Assembly (NCBI GenBank): GCA_965541585.1
Contig: CBEUCH010000002.1
Coordinates: 64,001-128,000, forward strand
Direction of reading: 5' to 3'
Length of the DNA: 64,000 nucleotides
Origin: an uncultured bacterium
Lineage (GTDB): Bacteria; Zixibacteria; MSB-5A5; UBA10806
In this document: one piece after another, positions 19,717 through 30,176 of the stretch
Layout: each line of letters opens with the position of its first letter
How positions within the stretch are numbered: the stretch's first letter is position 1
Notes under the pieces: generated by a model
Told to the model about the DNA's origin: nothing
The model's database searches: none
What the model saw: the letters and a program-made list of their open reading frames with translations, nothing else
Translations under genes and position numbers: made by a program

Positions 19717-20610
19717 TCAGAGATCTTCCATAAGCCCTAAGCCCTCATCCAGCCCGAGGAGCCTGGTCTCGAGGAGTCTTTTAGCCTTGTCTGTCTTTAG
19801 CCCTCCCCGAAGAGGCCTTCCGGCAGGTTGGCTGAGTTTCTCCGTCATGATCGGCGTTATCAGCTTTGAATCGAGGTCGAAAAATGCCGCGGCTTTTAGA
19901 GCTGTTTCGTGACGCGATAAATAATCATCACCCGCGACATGCAGTATGCCGGTCAATTCTTTTCCGGCTGCCTCTATTGCTGCCTGGGCCAGGTTGCCGG
20001 CATAGGTGGGATTGCCGAACTGATCCGTGACTATTCGGATTTTTTTATTCCTGCGCAAGCTCGTCACCAGCCAGGTAATAAAATTCGGTCTTATATCCAA
20101 GCCGGTACCATAGAGAACATTGGATCGAATGATGAGGTGATTCTTCCCTGATTCTTTCAAGATTCTCTCCGAGCGATATTTTGTCCGGCCGTAATAGTTG
20201 ATCGGATCTGGAGTGTCCTCCTCGGAGTAAGGACCATGCAGCCCGTCGAATATGTAATCCGATGAGAAATGAATTATTTTCTTAAATGAGAGCTTCAGCA
20301 GGTTTTCCACCAGTTGCACATTTATGTTTTTGGCCAGCTTCCTGTTTTCTTCGGCGCCGTCGACATTATTATACGATGCGCAATTGAATATATAATCCGG
20401 CTTATAATCTTCGATTTCCGGTTTTATGGAATCGAATTCTCTCAGATCGGCCTGGATGTATCGCACCCCGGGCGGGTCTTTAAAAGGGTTGACGACCTTA
20501 TCGATTGATAAAATCGAGAAATCGGGATCGCGTTTTTCAACAGATTTAAAACAGCGGATAAGATGCTGCCCCAGCAGGCCGGCGGCGCCTGTGATGATGA
20601 CTCTTTTCAT
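19717..20610 (-). CDS. rfbD: dTDP-4-dehydrorhamnose reductase
   Basis: TGAAGLLG, SSDYIFDG, YGRTK and DQFGNPT motifs; located in the rml cluster. Confidence 0.88.
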   Translation of the reverse strand: MKRVIITGAAGLLGQHLIRCFKSVEKRDPDFSILSIDKVVNPFKDPPGVRYIQADLREFDSIKPEIEDYKPDYIFNCASYNNVDGAEENRKLAKNINVQLVENLLKLSFKKIIHFSSDYIFDGLHGPYSEEDTPDPINYYGRTKYRSERILKESGKNHLIIRSNVLYGTGLDIRPNFITWLVTSLRRNKKIRIVTDQFGNPTYAGNLAQAAIEAAGKELTGILHVAGDDYLSRHETALKAAAFFDLDSKLITPIMTEKLSQPAGRPLRGGLKTDKAKRLLETRLLGLDEGLGLMEDL

Positions 20611-21614
20611 TGACGATTCTTATAATGAAGATCGTAGAACTTTCGATACTGGCCGCTTATGATCTCTTCCCACCATTTCCGATTGTTTTTGTACCAGTCT
20701 ATAGTTTTCTTCAAACCCTCGGCGAATTCGATTTCGGGCCGCCAGGCCAGTTCTTTTTCAATCTTGCCGTTGTCCAGGGCATAGCGATGGTCGTGGGCCG
20801 GGCGATCCTCGACGAACTTTATTAAACCTGCAGGTTTACCGAGGATATCTAATATCATCCTCGTAATCTCCAGATTTGTCATCTCGCATCGTCCGCCGGC
20901 ATTGTAAATCTCCCCGTCTCTGCCGTTTTCGAGAACCGTCAGGATTGCGCGGCAACAGTCCTCCACGAAAAGCCAGTCTCGGACATTGAGACCCTCGCCG
21001 TATAGCGGCAGCGATTCGTCGCCTACGGCCCTTGTTATAAAAAACGGAATCAGCTTTTCGGGGAATTGATTGGGTCCATAGTTGTTGCTGGCGCGGGCGA
21101 TTACAACAGGCATATCAAAGGTCTTATAATATGAACGGCAGATCAGATCAGCCGAGGCTTTGCTCGCGGCATACGGCGAGTTCGGCGCCAGGGGCGATGT
21201 TTCGGCAAAAGAACCCTCGGAACCGAGTGATCCGTAAACCTCGTCGGTGGAAACATGCAAAAATTTCAGGACGCCTGATTTCAGCGCCTCGTTTAACAAA
21301 GATTGTGTGCCGACCACGTTCGTTTTCAAAAAGAGACCCGGATCGTATAAGGATCTATCGACATGCGTCTCGGCTGCGAAATTGACAACATATTCGAATT
21401 TTTCGGAAAACAGGTTTGCGACATCGCGCGGATTGCTAATGTCGCCCTTGACGAACCTGTAGTTCTTACCGGTGATATCCTCGAGATTGGCCAGGTTGCC
21501 GGCATAGGTCAGCAGATCGAAATTCACTACTTCCCAGCCCGGTCTTTTTTCGCGAATCAGGTGGATGAAATTCGAGCCGATAAAACCGGCTCCTCCTGTG
21601 ACTAAAATCTTCAT
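20607..21614 (-). CDS. rfbB: dTDP-glucose 4,6-dehydratase
   Basis: TGGAGFIGSNF, AAETHVDRS, STDEVYG, YAASK and DRPAHD motifs. Confidence 0.95.
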   Translation of the reverse strand: MKILVTGGAGFIGSNFIHLIREKRPGWEVVNFDLLTYAGNLANLEDITGKNYRFVKGDISNPRDVANLFSEKFEYVVNFAAETHVDRSLYDPGLFLKTNVVGTQSLLNEALKSGVLKFLHVSTDEVYGSLGSEGSFAETSPLAPNSPYAASKASADLICRSYYKTFDMPVVIARASNNYGPNQFPEKLIPFFITRAVGDESLPLYGEGLNVRDWLFVEDCCRAILTVLENGRDGEIYNAGGRCEMTNLEITRMILDILGKPAGLIKFVEDRPAHDHRYALDNGKIEKELAWRPEIEFAEGLKKTIDWYKNNRKWWEEIISGQYRKFYDLHYKNRQ

Positions 21615-21630
21615 AGAATGCTTTATGAGA

Positions 21631-22092
21631 TTAATCGTCCTTCCCGGCCCAATCGTAGGGGATCTGATCGGTGTCAGGATCGAGCCGGTATTCGTCCGGA
21701 TTACTGTGATCGTAGGGCTCGGTGGGGATATTGATCATGATAGATTCTTCGGGAGATATCGTTTTAAACCCGTGGTAAATGTGCGGCGGAATGACGACCA
21801 GCAGAGGATTATGTTCTCCCGTTGAAAATTCGTTAATCATTTTATAAGTTGGCGAGTCTTTACGAGAATCATATAGGACCAATTTTGCCGCTCCTTTGAT
21901 ACAGAAAAAGTAGTCGGTTTGAATTTTGTGGTAATGCCAGGCCTTGACTACACCGGGAAAGGCGGTGGTGAAATAAACTTGGCCGAATTGTTTGAATATT
22001 TCACTGTCCGAACGCAAGATTTCAGCCAGCCGACCTCTTTCGTCGGTTATTATTTTCATCAATCTCGTCTGGACCCCGTCGATAAGTTTCAT
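21631..22092 (-). CDS. rfbC: dTDP-4-dehydrorhamnose 3,5-epimerase family cupin
   Basis: DERG, PGVVKAWHYH and HIYHGF motifs; cluster context. Confidence 0.88.
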   Translation of the reverse strand: MKLIDGVQTRLMKIITDERGRLAEILRSDSEIFKQFGQVYFTTAFPGVVKAWHYHKIQTDYFFCIKGAAKLVLYDSRKDSPTYKMINEFSTGEHNPLLVVIPPHIYHGFKTISPEESIMINIPTEPYDHSNPDEYRLDPDTDQIPYDWAGKDD

Positions 22093-22097
22093 TTTGA

Positions 22098-22844
22098 TTA
22101 TCTCTTTTGCTTCGACTGTTTTCGGGCCTGCAGACGGCGCACGAGATTTATGGTGTCATTGTAAGCGTTTATAGACTCTCCGGCATCCGCCCAGCCACCG
22201 GTCAGCATTTCGTATCTCATCGATCCACTTTTGATATAAGCGTTATTAACGTCCGTGATCTCCAGCTCCCCTCTTCTGGAGGGCCTGAGGGTTCTGATAA
22301 TATCGAAGACCCGATTGTCATACATATAGATCCCCAGAACCGCCAGATTGCTTCCGGGCTTTTTCGGTTTTTCAATGATATCGACCACCCGGCGGCCTCT
22401 CACTTCCGCTACGCCGTACTCCTCGGGGTTCCTCACTTTTTTTAAGAATATCATGGCGCCGTTTTTTTGCTTTTTGAATCGGGATATCGATTCTTTGATA
22501 TTCTTTTCGATAATGTTATCGCCTAAGATTACCGCTATCTTCTCGCCCCCGGCAAAATACTCGCATAACCCGATCGCCTGGGCGATTCCCCCCTCTTTAT
22601 CCTGATATGTAAAATCCAGATGTTTTAGGCCGAATTCCGATCCTTTTCCCAGAAGCTTTAAAAAATCACCGGCGTTGTTGCCGCCGGTAACTATCATGAT
22701 CTCCCTGATCCCGGCATCTACAAGGGTCTGGATCGGGTAATAGATCATCGGCCTGTCGAATATCGGCAGAAGATGCTTGTTGGTGATTTTCGTCAGCGGG
22801 TGAAGTCGTTTGCCCAGACCGCCCGCCAGAACGATGCCTTTCAT
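22098..22844 (-). CDS. rfbA: Glucose-1-phosphate thymidylyltransferase (short RmlA/SpsI type)
   Basis: GIVLAGGLGKRLHPLT..NKHLLP, LGDN, EKP and RGELEITD motifs; GGAGG RBS before 22844. Confidence 0.88.
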   Translation of the reverse strand: MKGIVLAGGLGKRLHPLTKITNKHLLPIFDRPMIYYPIQTLVDAGIREIMIVTGGNNAGDFLKLLGKGSEFGLKHLDFTYQDKEGGIAQAIGLCEYFAGGEKIAVILGDNIIEKNIKESISRFKKQKNGAMIFLKKVRNPEEYGVAEVRGRRVVDIIEKPKKPGSNLAVLGIYMYDNRVFDIIRTLRPSRRGELEITDVNNAYIKSGSMRYEMLTGGWADAGESINAYNDTINLVRRLQARKQSKQKR

Positions 22845-23100
22845 GAAGCCTCCGGTTTGCGGCAATATAAATTGAGGCGGACGCTATAATCAAGGTTTTA
22901 ATAAGGCGATTATCCGGAGTTTAAGGGGTGTATATATATTAGCGATCTGGGATAGCTCGTCTTTTAGCTTGTTGATAGTCGTTGTCCGCGAAAGGGAACA
23001 ACATATTTGGCATTGACGTTCAGGTTAATGATAATTCGTAGACTGAGCCCACAGGTTTGGAAATCGTCAATTTCGAGGGAAGAGGAGGAAAAAGCAGCCG

Positions 23101-24318
23101 ATGGCATTCAGAAAGAGCAAGAGACAGGGCAAGATTTCGGATAGAGAGAAGGATTCGCAGGGCGTGCCGAAACCTGTGGGAGATCATCGGGCCGGTAAAC
23201 CGGGTCTTTCAAGCGTTAAAAACATTATAGCTATCGCCAGCGGCAAGGGTGGAGTGGGCAAATCTTCCGTAGCCACCAACCTGGCAGTGGCCCTCAGAGA
23301 TTCGGGATTGAGCGTCGGACTTCTGGATGCCGATATCTACGGACCGAGCCAGCCCGGCATGTTCGGCGCCGGCAATGAGCGGCCTGAAATTGTCGAAAAC
23401 CATATCAAGCCGTTGAACAGACACGGCATCAGTTTCATTTCGATGGGTCTCTTACCGGGTGGCGATGGACCGGTGGTCTGGCGCGCGCCTCTGGCTATAA
23501 AAATAATCCATCAGTTTCTCGGAAACGTTCTCTGGGGCAAGCTGGATTACCTGTTGATAGATCTGCCGCCGGGAACGGGAGACGTCCAACTCACACTGGC
23601 CCAGCAAGCGTCCCTTACGGGAGCTATCATAGTCACGACACCGCAGGAGATTGCCCTGGGAGTCGCCAAAAAGGGTCTTAGGATGTTCGAACAGGTTAAC
23701 GTCCCTATTCTGGGCATAATCGAGAACATGAGCGGATTTTTGTGCAAACATTGTCAAAAAGAAACCGCCATTTTTGGCGCGGGAGGGGGGAAACGGATGG
23801 CCGGCGAATGCAATGTTCCTCTCCTTGGCACTATTCCTCTCGATCCTGAGATTATGGCAAGCGGAGAGGATGGGATTCCGGTGCTTGTTAAATCCCCGGA
23901 CTCACCGGCCTCGAGGGCTTACCTGAATCTGGCCGGGAAGCTTAAGGAGCGTATCGATCTTGGTGATACGGAGGGTAAGATCATCGAACCAACGCATATT
24001 GAATTGTCATCGGATAGCGAATTGCGCGTCAGATGGCCCGATGGACATGAGGGCTTGCATACGGCTTATTATCTGCGAATCAATTGTAAGTGTGCGGCAT
24101 GTCAGGATGAGGATACGGGTCGCCGGACCTTAGATCCGGACGGCGTTCACCTCGATATCAAGTTTACAGGTGTCGGGAGAGTGGGACGATATGCTATTGG
24201 GCCGAATTTTTCGGACGGTCACAACACCGGAATATATAGTTTTCAAAGACTGAGAGAATTTTGCGAATGCGCAGATTGCATGAAAACCAAGAAGAAAGAT
24301 GGGTCATTCTCCGTTTAG
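23101..24318 (+). CDS. Mrp/ApbC Fe-S cluster carrier ATPase fused to a DUF971 (GBBH N-terminal-like) domain
   Basis: GKGGVGKS, DADIYGPS, DLPPGTGD and ENMS..CxxC motifs; C-terminal LRINCKCAAC...VGRYA...FSDGHNTGIYSF. Confidence 0.9.
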   Translation: MAFRKSKRQGKISDREKDSQGVPKPVGDHRAGKPGLSSVKNIIAIASGKGGVGKSSVATNLAVALRDSGLSVGLLDADIYGPSQPGMFGAGNERPEIVENHIKPLNRHGISFISMGLLPGGDGPVVWRAPLAIKIIHQFLGNVLWGKLDYLLIDLPPGTGDVQLTLAQQASLTGAIIVTTPQEIALGVAKKGLRMFEQVNVPILGIIENMSGFLCKHCQKETAIFGAGGGKRMAGECNVPLLGTIPLDPEIMASGEDGIPVLVKSPDSPASRAYLNLAGKLKERIDLGDTEGKIIEPTHIELSSDSELRVRWPDGHEGLHTAYYLRINCKCAACQDEDTGRRTLDPDGVHLDIKFTGVGRVGRYAIGPNFSDGHNTGIYSFQRLREFCECADCMKTKKKDGSFSV

Positions 24319-24358
24319 TATGGATGATGTTTGCTAACATCATAACGATGGGAGGAAC

Positions 24359-24916
24359 ATGCCATTTCAAATCAGATTAGTTATTTTCATAGTCGGGTCT
24401 GCAGCATTAGTCTGGCTATCGTGGCCGTCGTTCCGCGATTTCCGCTCCCACGGCTTTTATCGTTTCTTCGCCTTTGAAGCAATCCTGGCTCTGATTCTGT
24501 TAAACCTCGATTATTGGTTTTACGAGCCGTTCATTATCCGCCAGATAGTTTCCTGGCTGTTGTTAATCATCTCTGTTTTTTTGGTTGTTCACGGGTTTCT
24601 ATTATTGCGTAAGTTGGGAAAGCCAGACAGCAAGCGGGATGACTCATCGTTGATAGGTATAGAAAAGACTACCGAATTGGTGACAGTGGGGGCTTATCGC
24701 TACATTCGGCATCCTATTTATAGTTCGGGCTTAATCGGGACCTGGGGAATATTTTTCAAACGGCCTTCTTTGGTGTGTGGTCTTCTTGCTGTAATTGCGA
24801 CTTTCTTTTTGATGATGACGGCCAAGATGGAAGAATCCGAGAATACACGTTTTTTTGGCGCTGCCTATCAGAGTTATATGAAGCAGACCAGGATGTTTAT
24901 CCCCTACTTCTTTTGA
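24359..24916 (+). CDS. Isoprenylcysteine carboxylmethyltransferase family membrane protein
   Basis: LVTVGAYRYIRHPIY and EE...FG.AY..Y...T.MFIP motifs. Confidence 0.85.
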   Translation: MPFQIRLVIFIVGSAALVWLSWPSFRDFRSHGFYRFFAFEAILALILLNLDYWFYEPFIIRQIVSWLLLIISVFLVVHGFLLLRKLGKPDSKRDDSSLIGIEKTTELVTVGAYRYIRHPIYSSGLIGTWGIFFKRPSLVCGLLAVIATFFLMMTAKMEESENTRFFGAAYQSYMKQTRMFIPYFF

Positions 24917-24937
24917 GATGCTAAGAAGGCCTATCAG

Positions 24938-25594
24938 GTGACAATGCCGCCCAACCAGAAAATCAAGATCACTGCGGAGCCATCACTGGATCCCCGGGTT
25001 TGCAAATTTATTGTAGATCGACCGATTTACCCGGGCCGATCGATCAACTGCAGAAAAAAGGAAATGGCCGCAGGCTCTCCCTTGCTGGAGGCGCTGTTCG
25101 AGATCGCGGGAGTCCGGGAGGTGCACGTCTCGGAGGATTCGGTAACGGTTGCCGGATCAACTGATGATAAATGGCAGGCTACAGGCAAACGGATCGGATC
25201 GATTATCCGGACCTTGATCGATTCCGGAAAGCCGTTGATCCCGGATGATTTCAAGATAGAGCTTCCCGTTAGTGGAGATATGTTCAGGCGTATTCAACAG
25301 ATTTTTGAAACGCGGATCAATCCGGGGATTGCCGCTCACGGTGGCCGCGCGGAACTCGTCGATATCAAGGGCACGTCAGTCTATATCCGTATGAGCGGCG
25401 GTTGCCTGGGATGCGGCGCTGCCGGTATCACATTAAAGCATGGAATCGAACGGACCATACGATCGGCTTTTCCCGAAATGAGCCAGGTTATCGATATTTC
25501 AAACCACTCTGCCGGGGAAAATCCTTATTACAGGCCTCAAAAAGATGCCGATGAGCCGTTTCCCGAACATGGGGGAAATCTAATCGAGGATTAG
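24938..25594 (+). CDS. NifU/Nfu family Fe-S scaffold or carrier protein
   Basis: N-terminal Nfu_N-like domain; INPGIAAHGG...MSGGCLGC...GIE; HSAGENPYY. Confidence 0.88.
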   Translation: MTMPPNQKIKITAEPSLDPRVCKFIVDRPIYPGRSINCRKKEMAAGSPLLEALFEIAGVREVHVSEDSVTVAGSTDDKWQATGKRIGSIIRTLIDSGKPLIPDDFKIELPVSGDMFRRIQQIFETRINPGIAAHGGRAELVDIKGTSVYIRMSGGCLGCGAAGITLKHGIERTIRSAFPEMSQVIDISNHSAGENPYYRPQKDADEPFPEHGGNLIED

Positions 25595-25792
25595 ATAGAC
25601 CGGAACTTCAAAATAGACTGATCAGTAAACGAATTGCTTGACATAGAAATCCGGGCGAATTATCCTTTTCCTATCGTTGGCAATGAAACGATAATTGACG
25701 GGAGGAGATACATTCTCATCTATTGAGTCCGGCAACTGCGGGTTGGCTGTTTTTGAGGGTTTGCTGAGAAACAGATATAAAAGGAGGTTATC

Positions 25793-26257
25793 ATGCCGGC
25801 AAACAAATTGAAGGATTTCTTAGACAGCAATAAGATCAAATACACATCTATCAATCACTCTCCGGCTTACACCGCTCAGCAGATTGCGGCTTCGGCCCAT
25901 ATTCCGGGAAAAGAACTGGCGAAAACCGTGGTGATCAAGCTCGATGGCAAAATAGCCATGGCCGTTCTCCCTGCTTCCTACAAAGTGGATTTTGATCTTT
26001 TGATAGAAGCAGTTAAGGCAAGCAAAGCGGAGCTTGCCAGTGAGCAGGAATTTAAGGACATGTTTCCGGAATGTGAGGTGGGAGCAATGCCGCCCTTCGG
26101 GAATCTTTATGGGATGGATGTTTTCGTGGCGGAGAGCTTGACCGAAGACGACGAGATCGCATTCAACGCCTGTTCTCACAAAGAACTGATCAGGATGACC
26201 TTTAAAGACTATGAAAAGCTGGCGAAGCCGAAGGTAATGAAATTCGCATCCCGATAA
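25793..26257 (+). CDS. YbaK/EbsC family aminoacyl-tRNA deacylase
   Basis: [14 protein letters not shown] and [10 protein letters not shown] motifs. Confidence 0.9.
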   Translation: MPANKLKDFLDSNKIKYTSINHSPAYTAQQIAASAHIPGKELAKTVVIKLDGKIAMAVLPASYKVDFDLLIEAVKASKAELASEQEFKDMFPECEVGAMPPFGNLYGMDVFVAESLTEDDEIAFNACSHKELIRMTFKDYEKLAKPKVMKFASR

Positions 26258-26418
26258 CAAGGTGATCCATTTAGCCACGATCAAATTATTCCTTTGAGAA
26301 AGCTGCCAAAAAAATACTTGCACTCGGCTTTCGTTTTTCCATATTAACACCGGCAGATTTGGAGAATAGGATTTCCGCGGGGCGTCCCGCCCCCATAGCG
26401 GGTCGAAAGGAGACTCTG

Positions 26419-26607
26419 ATGAAGGTCGAGATTAATCAAGACGAGTGCACTGGGGACGAGATCTGTGTCGATTTGTGCCCTGAGGTCTTCGAGATGGAAG
26501 GCGATGTAGCCAAAGTTATCGTCGATGGTGTTCCTGCTGATGTCGAAGATGCCTGCCGCGAAGCAGCGGACAGCTGCCCGGCGGAATGCATTAAGATTAT
26601 TGAATAG
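26419..26607 (+). CDS. Monocluster ferredoxin with an Asp ligand (CxxDxxC...CP)
   Basis: CTGDEICVDLCPEVF...AADSCPAECI; AAGGAG RBS before the ATG at 26419. Confidence 0.9.
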   Translation: MKVEINQDECTGDEICVDLCPEVFEMEGDVAKVIVDGVPADVEDACREAADSCPAECIKIIE

Positions 26608-26646
26608 CAAGGATAAACGAATTATCCTTTGGATGGTTTAAACCCG

Positions 26647-26683
26647 GCCCCTTCGCGATTCTGCGGAGGGGCTCGATTTCTTT
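26647..26683 (+). terminator. Intrinsic terminator after the ferredoxin gene
   Basis: GCCCCTTCGC-gattct-GCGGAGGGGC stem followed by T-rich sequence. Confidence 0.55.
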
Positions 26684-26836
26684 GCTGAGAAGGCAGTTCA
26701 TGCTGCAGATACCGTTCGCTTCCTCTTAAGTAATATTCACGGCAGGAATGATCCTGCAATATTCTATCACACCCGTGGGGAAACCGCTTGACCCGCCTCG
26801 AAGTTGATGTATATAGCGGTAGAGAAAGGATAATCG

Positions 26837-27541
26837 ATGTGCGGTAGAGGACTTACACGGCTTTTCAGAATTGATCTCGGGCGGACACGTTTCAAGGATG
26901 CTTGGGAAACACAGAAGCGACTGGTAAGTCTTCGGTCCAGAAGCCGGATACCGGACTGCCTTCTCCTGACCGAGCACGAACCGGTCATGACTACGGGGCG
27001 AGCGTCGTCGAAATCGAACCTGCTGTGTTCCCCGACGGAACTCAGAGAACGCGGCATCGAACTCTATGATATAGAGCGGGGAGGCGATATCACATTCCAT
27101 GGCCCCGGTCAGCTCGTGGCATACCCCATAATAGATCTAAATGCCCGAGGGCGGGATCTGCATCGTTATTTACGCGATCTTGAGAGCATTGTCGCTGCCA
27201 CCCTGGGCGACCTCGGTCTGGAGGCTGGAATCAAGCAAGGGCTAACGGGTGTCTGGGTGAATGATTGCAAACTAGCGGCCATCGGCGTAGCGGTTTCGCG
27301 ATGGATTACTTACCACGGCGTGGCGCTGAATGTAAATACCGATTTAGACTATTTTAAGCTGATCAAACCCTGCGGCATCACCCAATATCCGGTTGGATCG
27401 ATCTCGTCGATGCTGGGTGAAAAAATCGATCTGCAGAAAGTCGCGGATTTACTGGCGGATAATTTCGCGCGCCTCTTCTTCTATAAAACTACAAATGTAA
27501 CGGATATTGATTCGCTGTTAGGCGAACCGGCCGAGGTATAA
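26837..27541 (+). CDS. lipB: Lipoyl(octanoyl) transferase
   Basis: EHEPV.T.G, RGGDITFHGPGQLVAYPI, KLAAIG, HGVALNV and IKPCG motifs. Confidence 0.95.
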   Translation: MCGRGLTRLFRIDLGRTRFKDAWETQKRLVSLRSRSRIPDCLLLTEHEPVMTTGRASSKSNLLCSPTELRERGIELYDIERGGDITFHGPGQLVAYPIIDLNARGRDLHRYLRDLESIVAATLGDLGLEAGIKQGLTGVWVNDCKLAAIGVAVSRWITYHGVALNVNTDLDYFKLIKPCGITQYPVGSISSMLGEKIDLQKVADLLADNFARLFFYKTTNVTDIDSLLGEPAEV

Positions 27542-27544
27542 TCC

Positions 27545-27859
27545 TTGTTAGAAAATCATGATTATTATATCAAAGTCGGGCGGCTGGATGATCTAAGAAG
27601 GGCAGGCTATCTGAAGATCTCGCTTAAAGGCCGTAAGATCATGATCGTTTTCAGCGACAGCGGTCTGGTCGCAATGGATCTGGATTATGCACTCGATCAT
27701 TCGAAACACGCGGCTTCACCGCGCGGACTTCATGATTTAGACTCCGACCGGCTGAATATTCTCACCGGCTCATTTAATAAGGAATGGGGAAAGTTGACTA
27801 TCTACCCGGTAAAAATCGACGGAAGCGATATTCTTATTAGCGCAAACCCTCTAAATTAG
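27545..27859 (+). CDS. Rieske-ferredoxin-like small protein without cluster ligands
   Basis: KVGRLDDL...LKGRKIMIV start and LTIYPVKIDGSDILI end resemble Rieske ferredoxins; contains no Cys; operon context. Confidence 0.55.
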   Translation: MLENHDYYIKVGRLDDLRRAGYLKISLKGRKIMIVFSDSGLVAMDLDYALDHSKHAASPRGLHDLDSDRLNILTGSFNKEWGKLTIYPVKIDGSDILISANPLN

Positions 27860-28495
27860 GTGCAAATTATGTTCATAACGGAACCCGCCATCAACGAATA
27901 TATAAAAAAGATACTTCCCCGAGGGGATGAGGTCCTGGCCGAGATGGAGGATTACGCCTCACAGAATGATTTTCCTATTATCGGGCCGATGGTCGGGCCT
28001 TTTCTGCGGCAACTGGCGTTGATTACCGGAGCCGAAAGCATATTCGAGATGGGATCTGGTTTTGGCTATTCAGCGTACTGGTTCGCCGGCGGAATGAATG
28101 GTAGAGGTAAAATCATCTGTACAGACGGATCGGATGATAATAAAAAGAAAGCGCTGGGTTTCCTTAAAAGAGGCGGTTTCGAGCGCCAGGTCGAGTTTCA
28201 TGTGGGCAATGCTCTTGAGATCATCAGCCGCTTCGATGAGCCTTTTGACATCATCCTCAATGATATCAGTAAAGAGGATTACCCGGAAGCTTTCGACATC
28301 GCCATACCTCGGATTAAACAGGGCGGCCTTTTCATCACCGACAACGTTCTCTGGTCCGGTCGGGTCCTCGATGAAAAACCCGATAAGACAACTAAAGCGA
28401 TTCTGGAGTTCAATCGAAAACTGTGTAGTACGGACGGTGTGTTATCGTCTATAATTCCCATCCGCGACGGCCTGGGGATAGCAGTGAAACTATGA
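27860..28495 (+). CDS. SAM-dependent O-methyltransferase (Methyltransf_3-like)
   Basis: FPIIGP.VG, EMGSGFGYS, DNVLWSG and IPIRDGL motifs. Confidence 0.9.
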   Translation: MQIMFITEPAINEYIKKILPRGDEVLAEMEDYASQNDFPIIGPMVGPFLRQLALITGAESIFEMGSGFGYSAYWFAGGMNGRGKIICTDGSDDNKKKALGFLKRGGFERQVEFHVGNALEIISRFDEPFDIILNDISKEDYPEAFDIAIPRIKQGGLFITDNVLWSGRVLDEKPDKTTKAILEFNRKLCSTDGVLSSIIPIRDGLGIAVKL

Positions 28496-28953
28496 CAGCC
28501 ATCGAACTTATTCAGGCGCAACGCAAAATCTTCTTTGAAGGCACTGAGATGGTAATCGCCGGGATCAAGCCGGAGTGGTTCGATCTCCGTCCACTGCCCG
28601 AGCTTATGACTTTCGGAGAGCAGATCGATCATATAGCCGCCGTGGAGGCCGAGATTCTGGGCGAAACGGCGGAGGCCTTAGGGCATGCAAAAATACCCTT
28701 CGATTTCAAACCATCGAAGGATCTTCCGGGCGCGATTGCTCAATGGAAGAGTATTCACTCGCTCGGTGATAAGTTTATTGGAACGCTCGATGATGGGAAA
28801 CTCTCGTTTCGTTTTCTAACGGTGAGCCATGTACATGTCTCGGTTGCCTATATGATCAACGTCGTCCTGGAGCACGAGATTCATCACCGCGGAGAGCTGG
28901 TCTCATATTTCCGGATGATAAAGCAGGAACCTCCCAAACGCTGGTCCGATTAG
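28492..28953 (+). CDS. DinB family protein
   Basis: TFGEQIDHI and HEIHHRGEL metal-binding His pattern. Confidence 0.85.
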   Translation: MTAIELIQAQRKIFFEGTEMVIAGIKPEWFDLRPLPELMTFGEQIDHIAAVEAEILGETAEALGHAKIPFDFKPSKDLPGAIAQWKSIHSLGDKFIGTLDDGKLSFRFLTVSHVHVSVAYMINVVLEHEIHHRGELVSYFRMIKQEPPKRWSD

Positions 28954-28980
28954 TCGGATGAACAGTCAATTGACATTTGA

Positions 28981-29937
28981 ATGAACTTAAAAGACATCAT
29001 AAGAGAAGAAGCCTTCGAATTGGGATTCTCAGCGTTCGGGATAGCGCCCGCGGATTACGATCCCGTGGGCCACGACAGACTTCTTCGCTGGCTCGATAAT
29101 GGATATCAAGCCGGGATGGACTACATGCTGCGGAACCCCCGTAGGAGATACGACCTGGGATTGCATGTGACCGGCGCCAGATCTGTCATCGTCTGCGCTT
29201 TGAATTATTACACCGAGCCGAAGAATGAATTACTGAAAGGGTATGTATCAATTTATGCCCGCGGTGAAAATTATCATCGCGTGGTAGCAAGCAAGCTGCA
29301 GACTCTATGCGGAAGGATCAAGAAGGTCTCGGCGGATTTTGAACCGAAGATCTTCGTGGATTCATCACCGGTGGGAGAGAAGGCGCTGGCCGTCAGAGCC
29401 GGTATTGGGTTCGCTGGCAGAAACGGCATGGTTATCATTCCCGGAGACGAGAGAATGCCCGGAAAACCACCCGGAGGGAGTTTTCATTTTTTGGGCGGTA
29501 TTATCACAGATCTGAATCTGGAGCCGGACAATCCCGGGAGGGGAACCTGCGGCCAATGCAGGAAATGCATAGACGCCTGCCCCACGGATGCCATTGTCGG
29601 CGACGGGGTTATCGATGCCTCCAGATGCATTTCTTATCATACCACGCAGAATAAAGGGGTCATCTCCGATGACATCACCGGAAAAATGGGGAATATGATC
29701 TTCGGGTGTGATATCTGTCAACTCGTATGCCCTTATAACAAAAAATCTGCGATAACCGCCGAGCAGGCCTTCGCGCCGCGCAGCGATCTGGTTGATATCG
29801 ATCTTGAGATGCTCGAAGACTTATCTGAAGATCAATTCGAGGTTCGTTTCAAGGGCAATAGTATCGAAGATATAGGCTATGCGACATTTAAGAGAAATGT
29901 CTCAATAGCCCGGAGAAATATTAGTCAGTGTGTGTAG
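28981..29937 (+). CDS. queG: Epoxyqueuosine reductase
   Basis: YARGENYH, VDSSPV.EK, CGQCRKCIDACPT, RCISY and FGCDICQLVCPYN motifs. Confidence 0.93.
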   Translation: MNLKDIIREEAFELGFSAFGIAPADYDPVGHDRLLRWLDNGYQAGMDYMLRNPRRRYDLGLHVTGARSVIVCALNYYTEPKNELLKGYVSIYARGENYHRVVASKLQTLCGRIKKVSADFEPKIFVDSSPVGEKALAVRAGIGFAGRNGMVIIPGDERMPGKPPGGSFHFLGGIITDLNLEPDNPGRGTCGQCRKCIDACPTDAIVGDGVIDASRCISYHTTQNKGVISDDITGKMGNMIFGCDICQLVCPYNKKSAITAEQAFAPRSDLVDIDLEMLEDLSEDQFEVRFKGNSIEDIGYATFKRNVSIARRNISQCV

Positions 29938-30103
29938 ATTATTCGATATAGCCGATCAGAAGACAAATCACTTATTTCCGATGATAAAAGGCCGGCATGT
30001 TGAATTGTCGGTCGTGCAAATATTGTAGTGCGTTGATAATCAAGGGGTTACGCAATCCAAGGGATAATTGGATCGACTTAAAAAATAACGGGAACGTTTT
30101 GGC

Positions 30104-30159
30104 TTGACACTCGGTATATATATAGGTATAATTGGGATAAATGGATTCTTTAACTCCAT
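30104..30159 (+). promoter_or_regulatory. Consensus sigma70 promoter with a putative Rrf2 operator
   Basis: TTGACA (30104)-17 bp-TATAAT (30127); ATGGA-N9-TCCAT inverted repeat at 30141-30159. Confidence 0.7.
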
Positions 30160-30176
30160 GATTAAGGAGCAAGTTG

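Noticed and set aside
19717..22844. rml cluster as a novel polysaccharide island
   Set aside because: Ordinary dTDP-rhamnose pathway genes with no unusual partners in the window.
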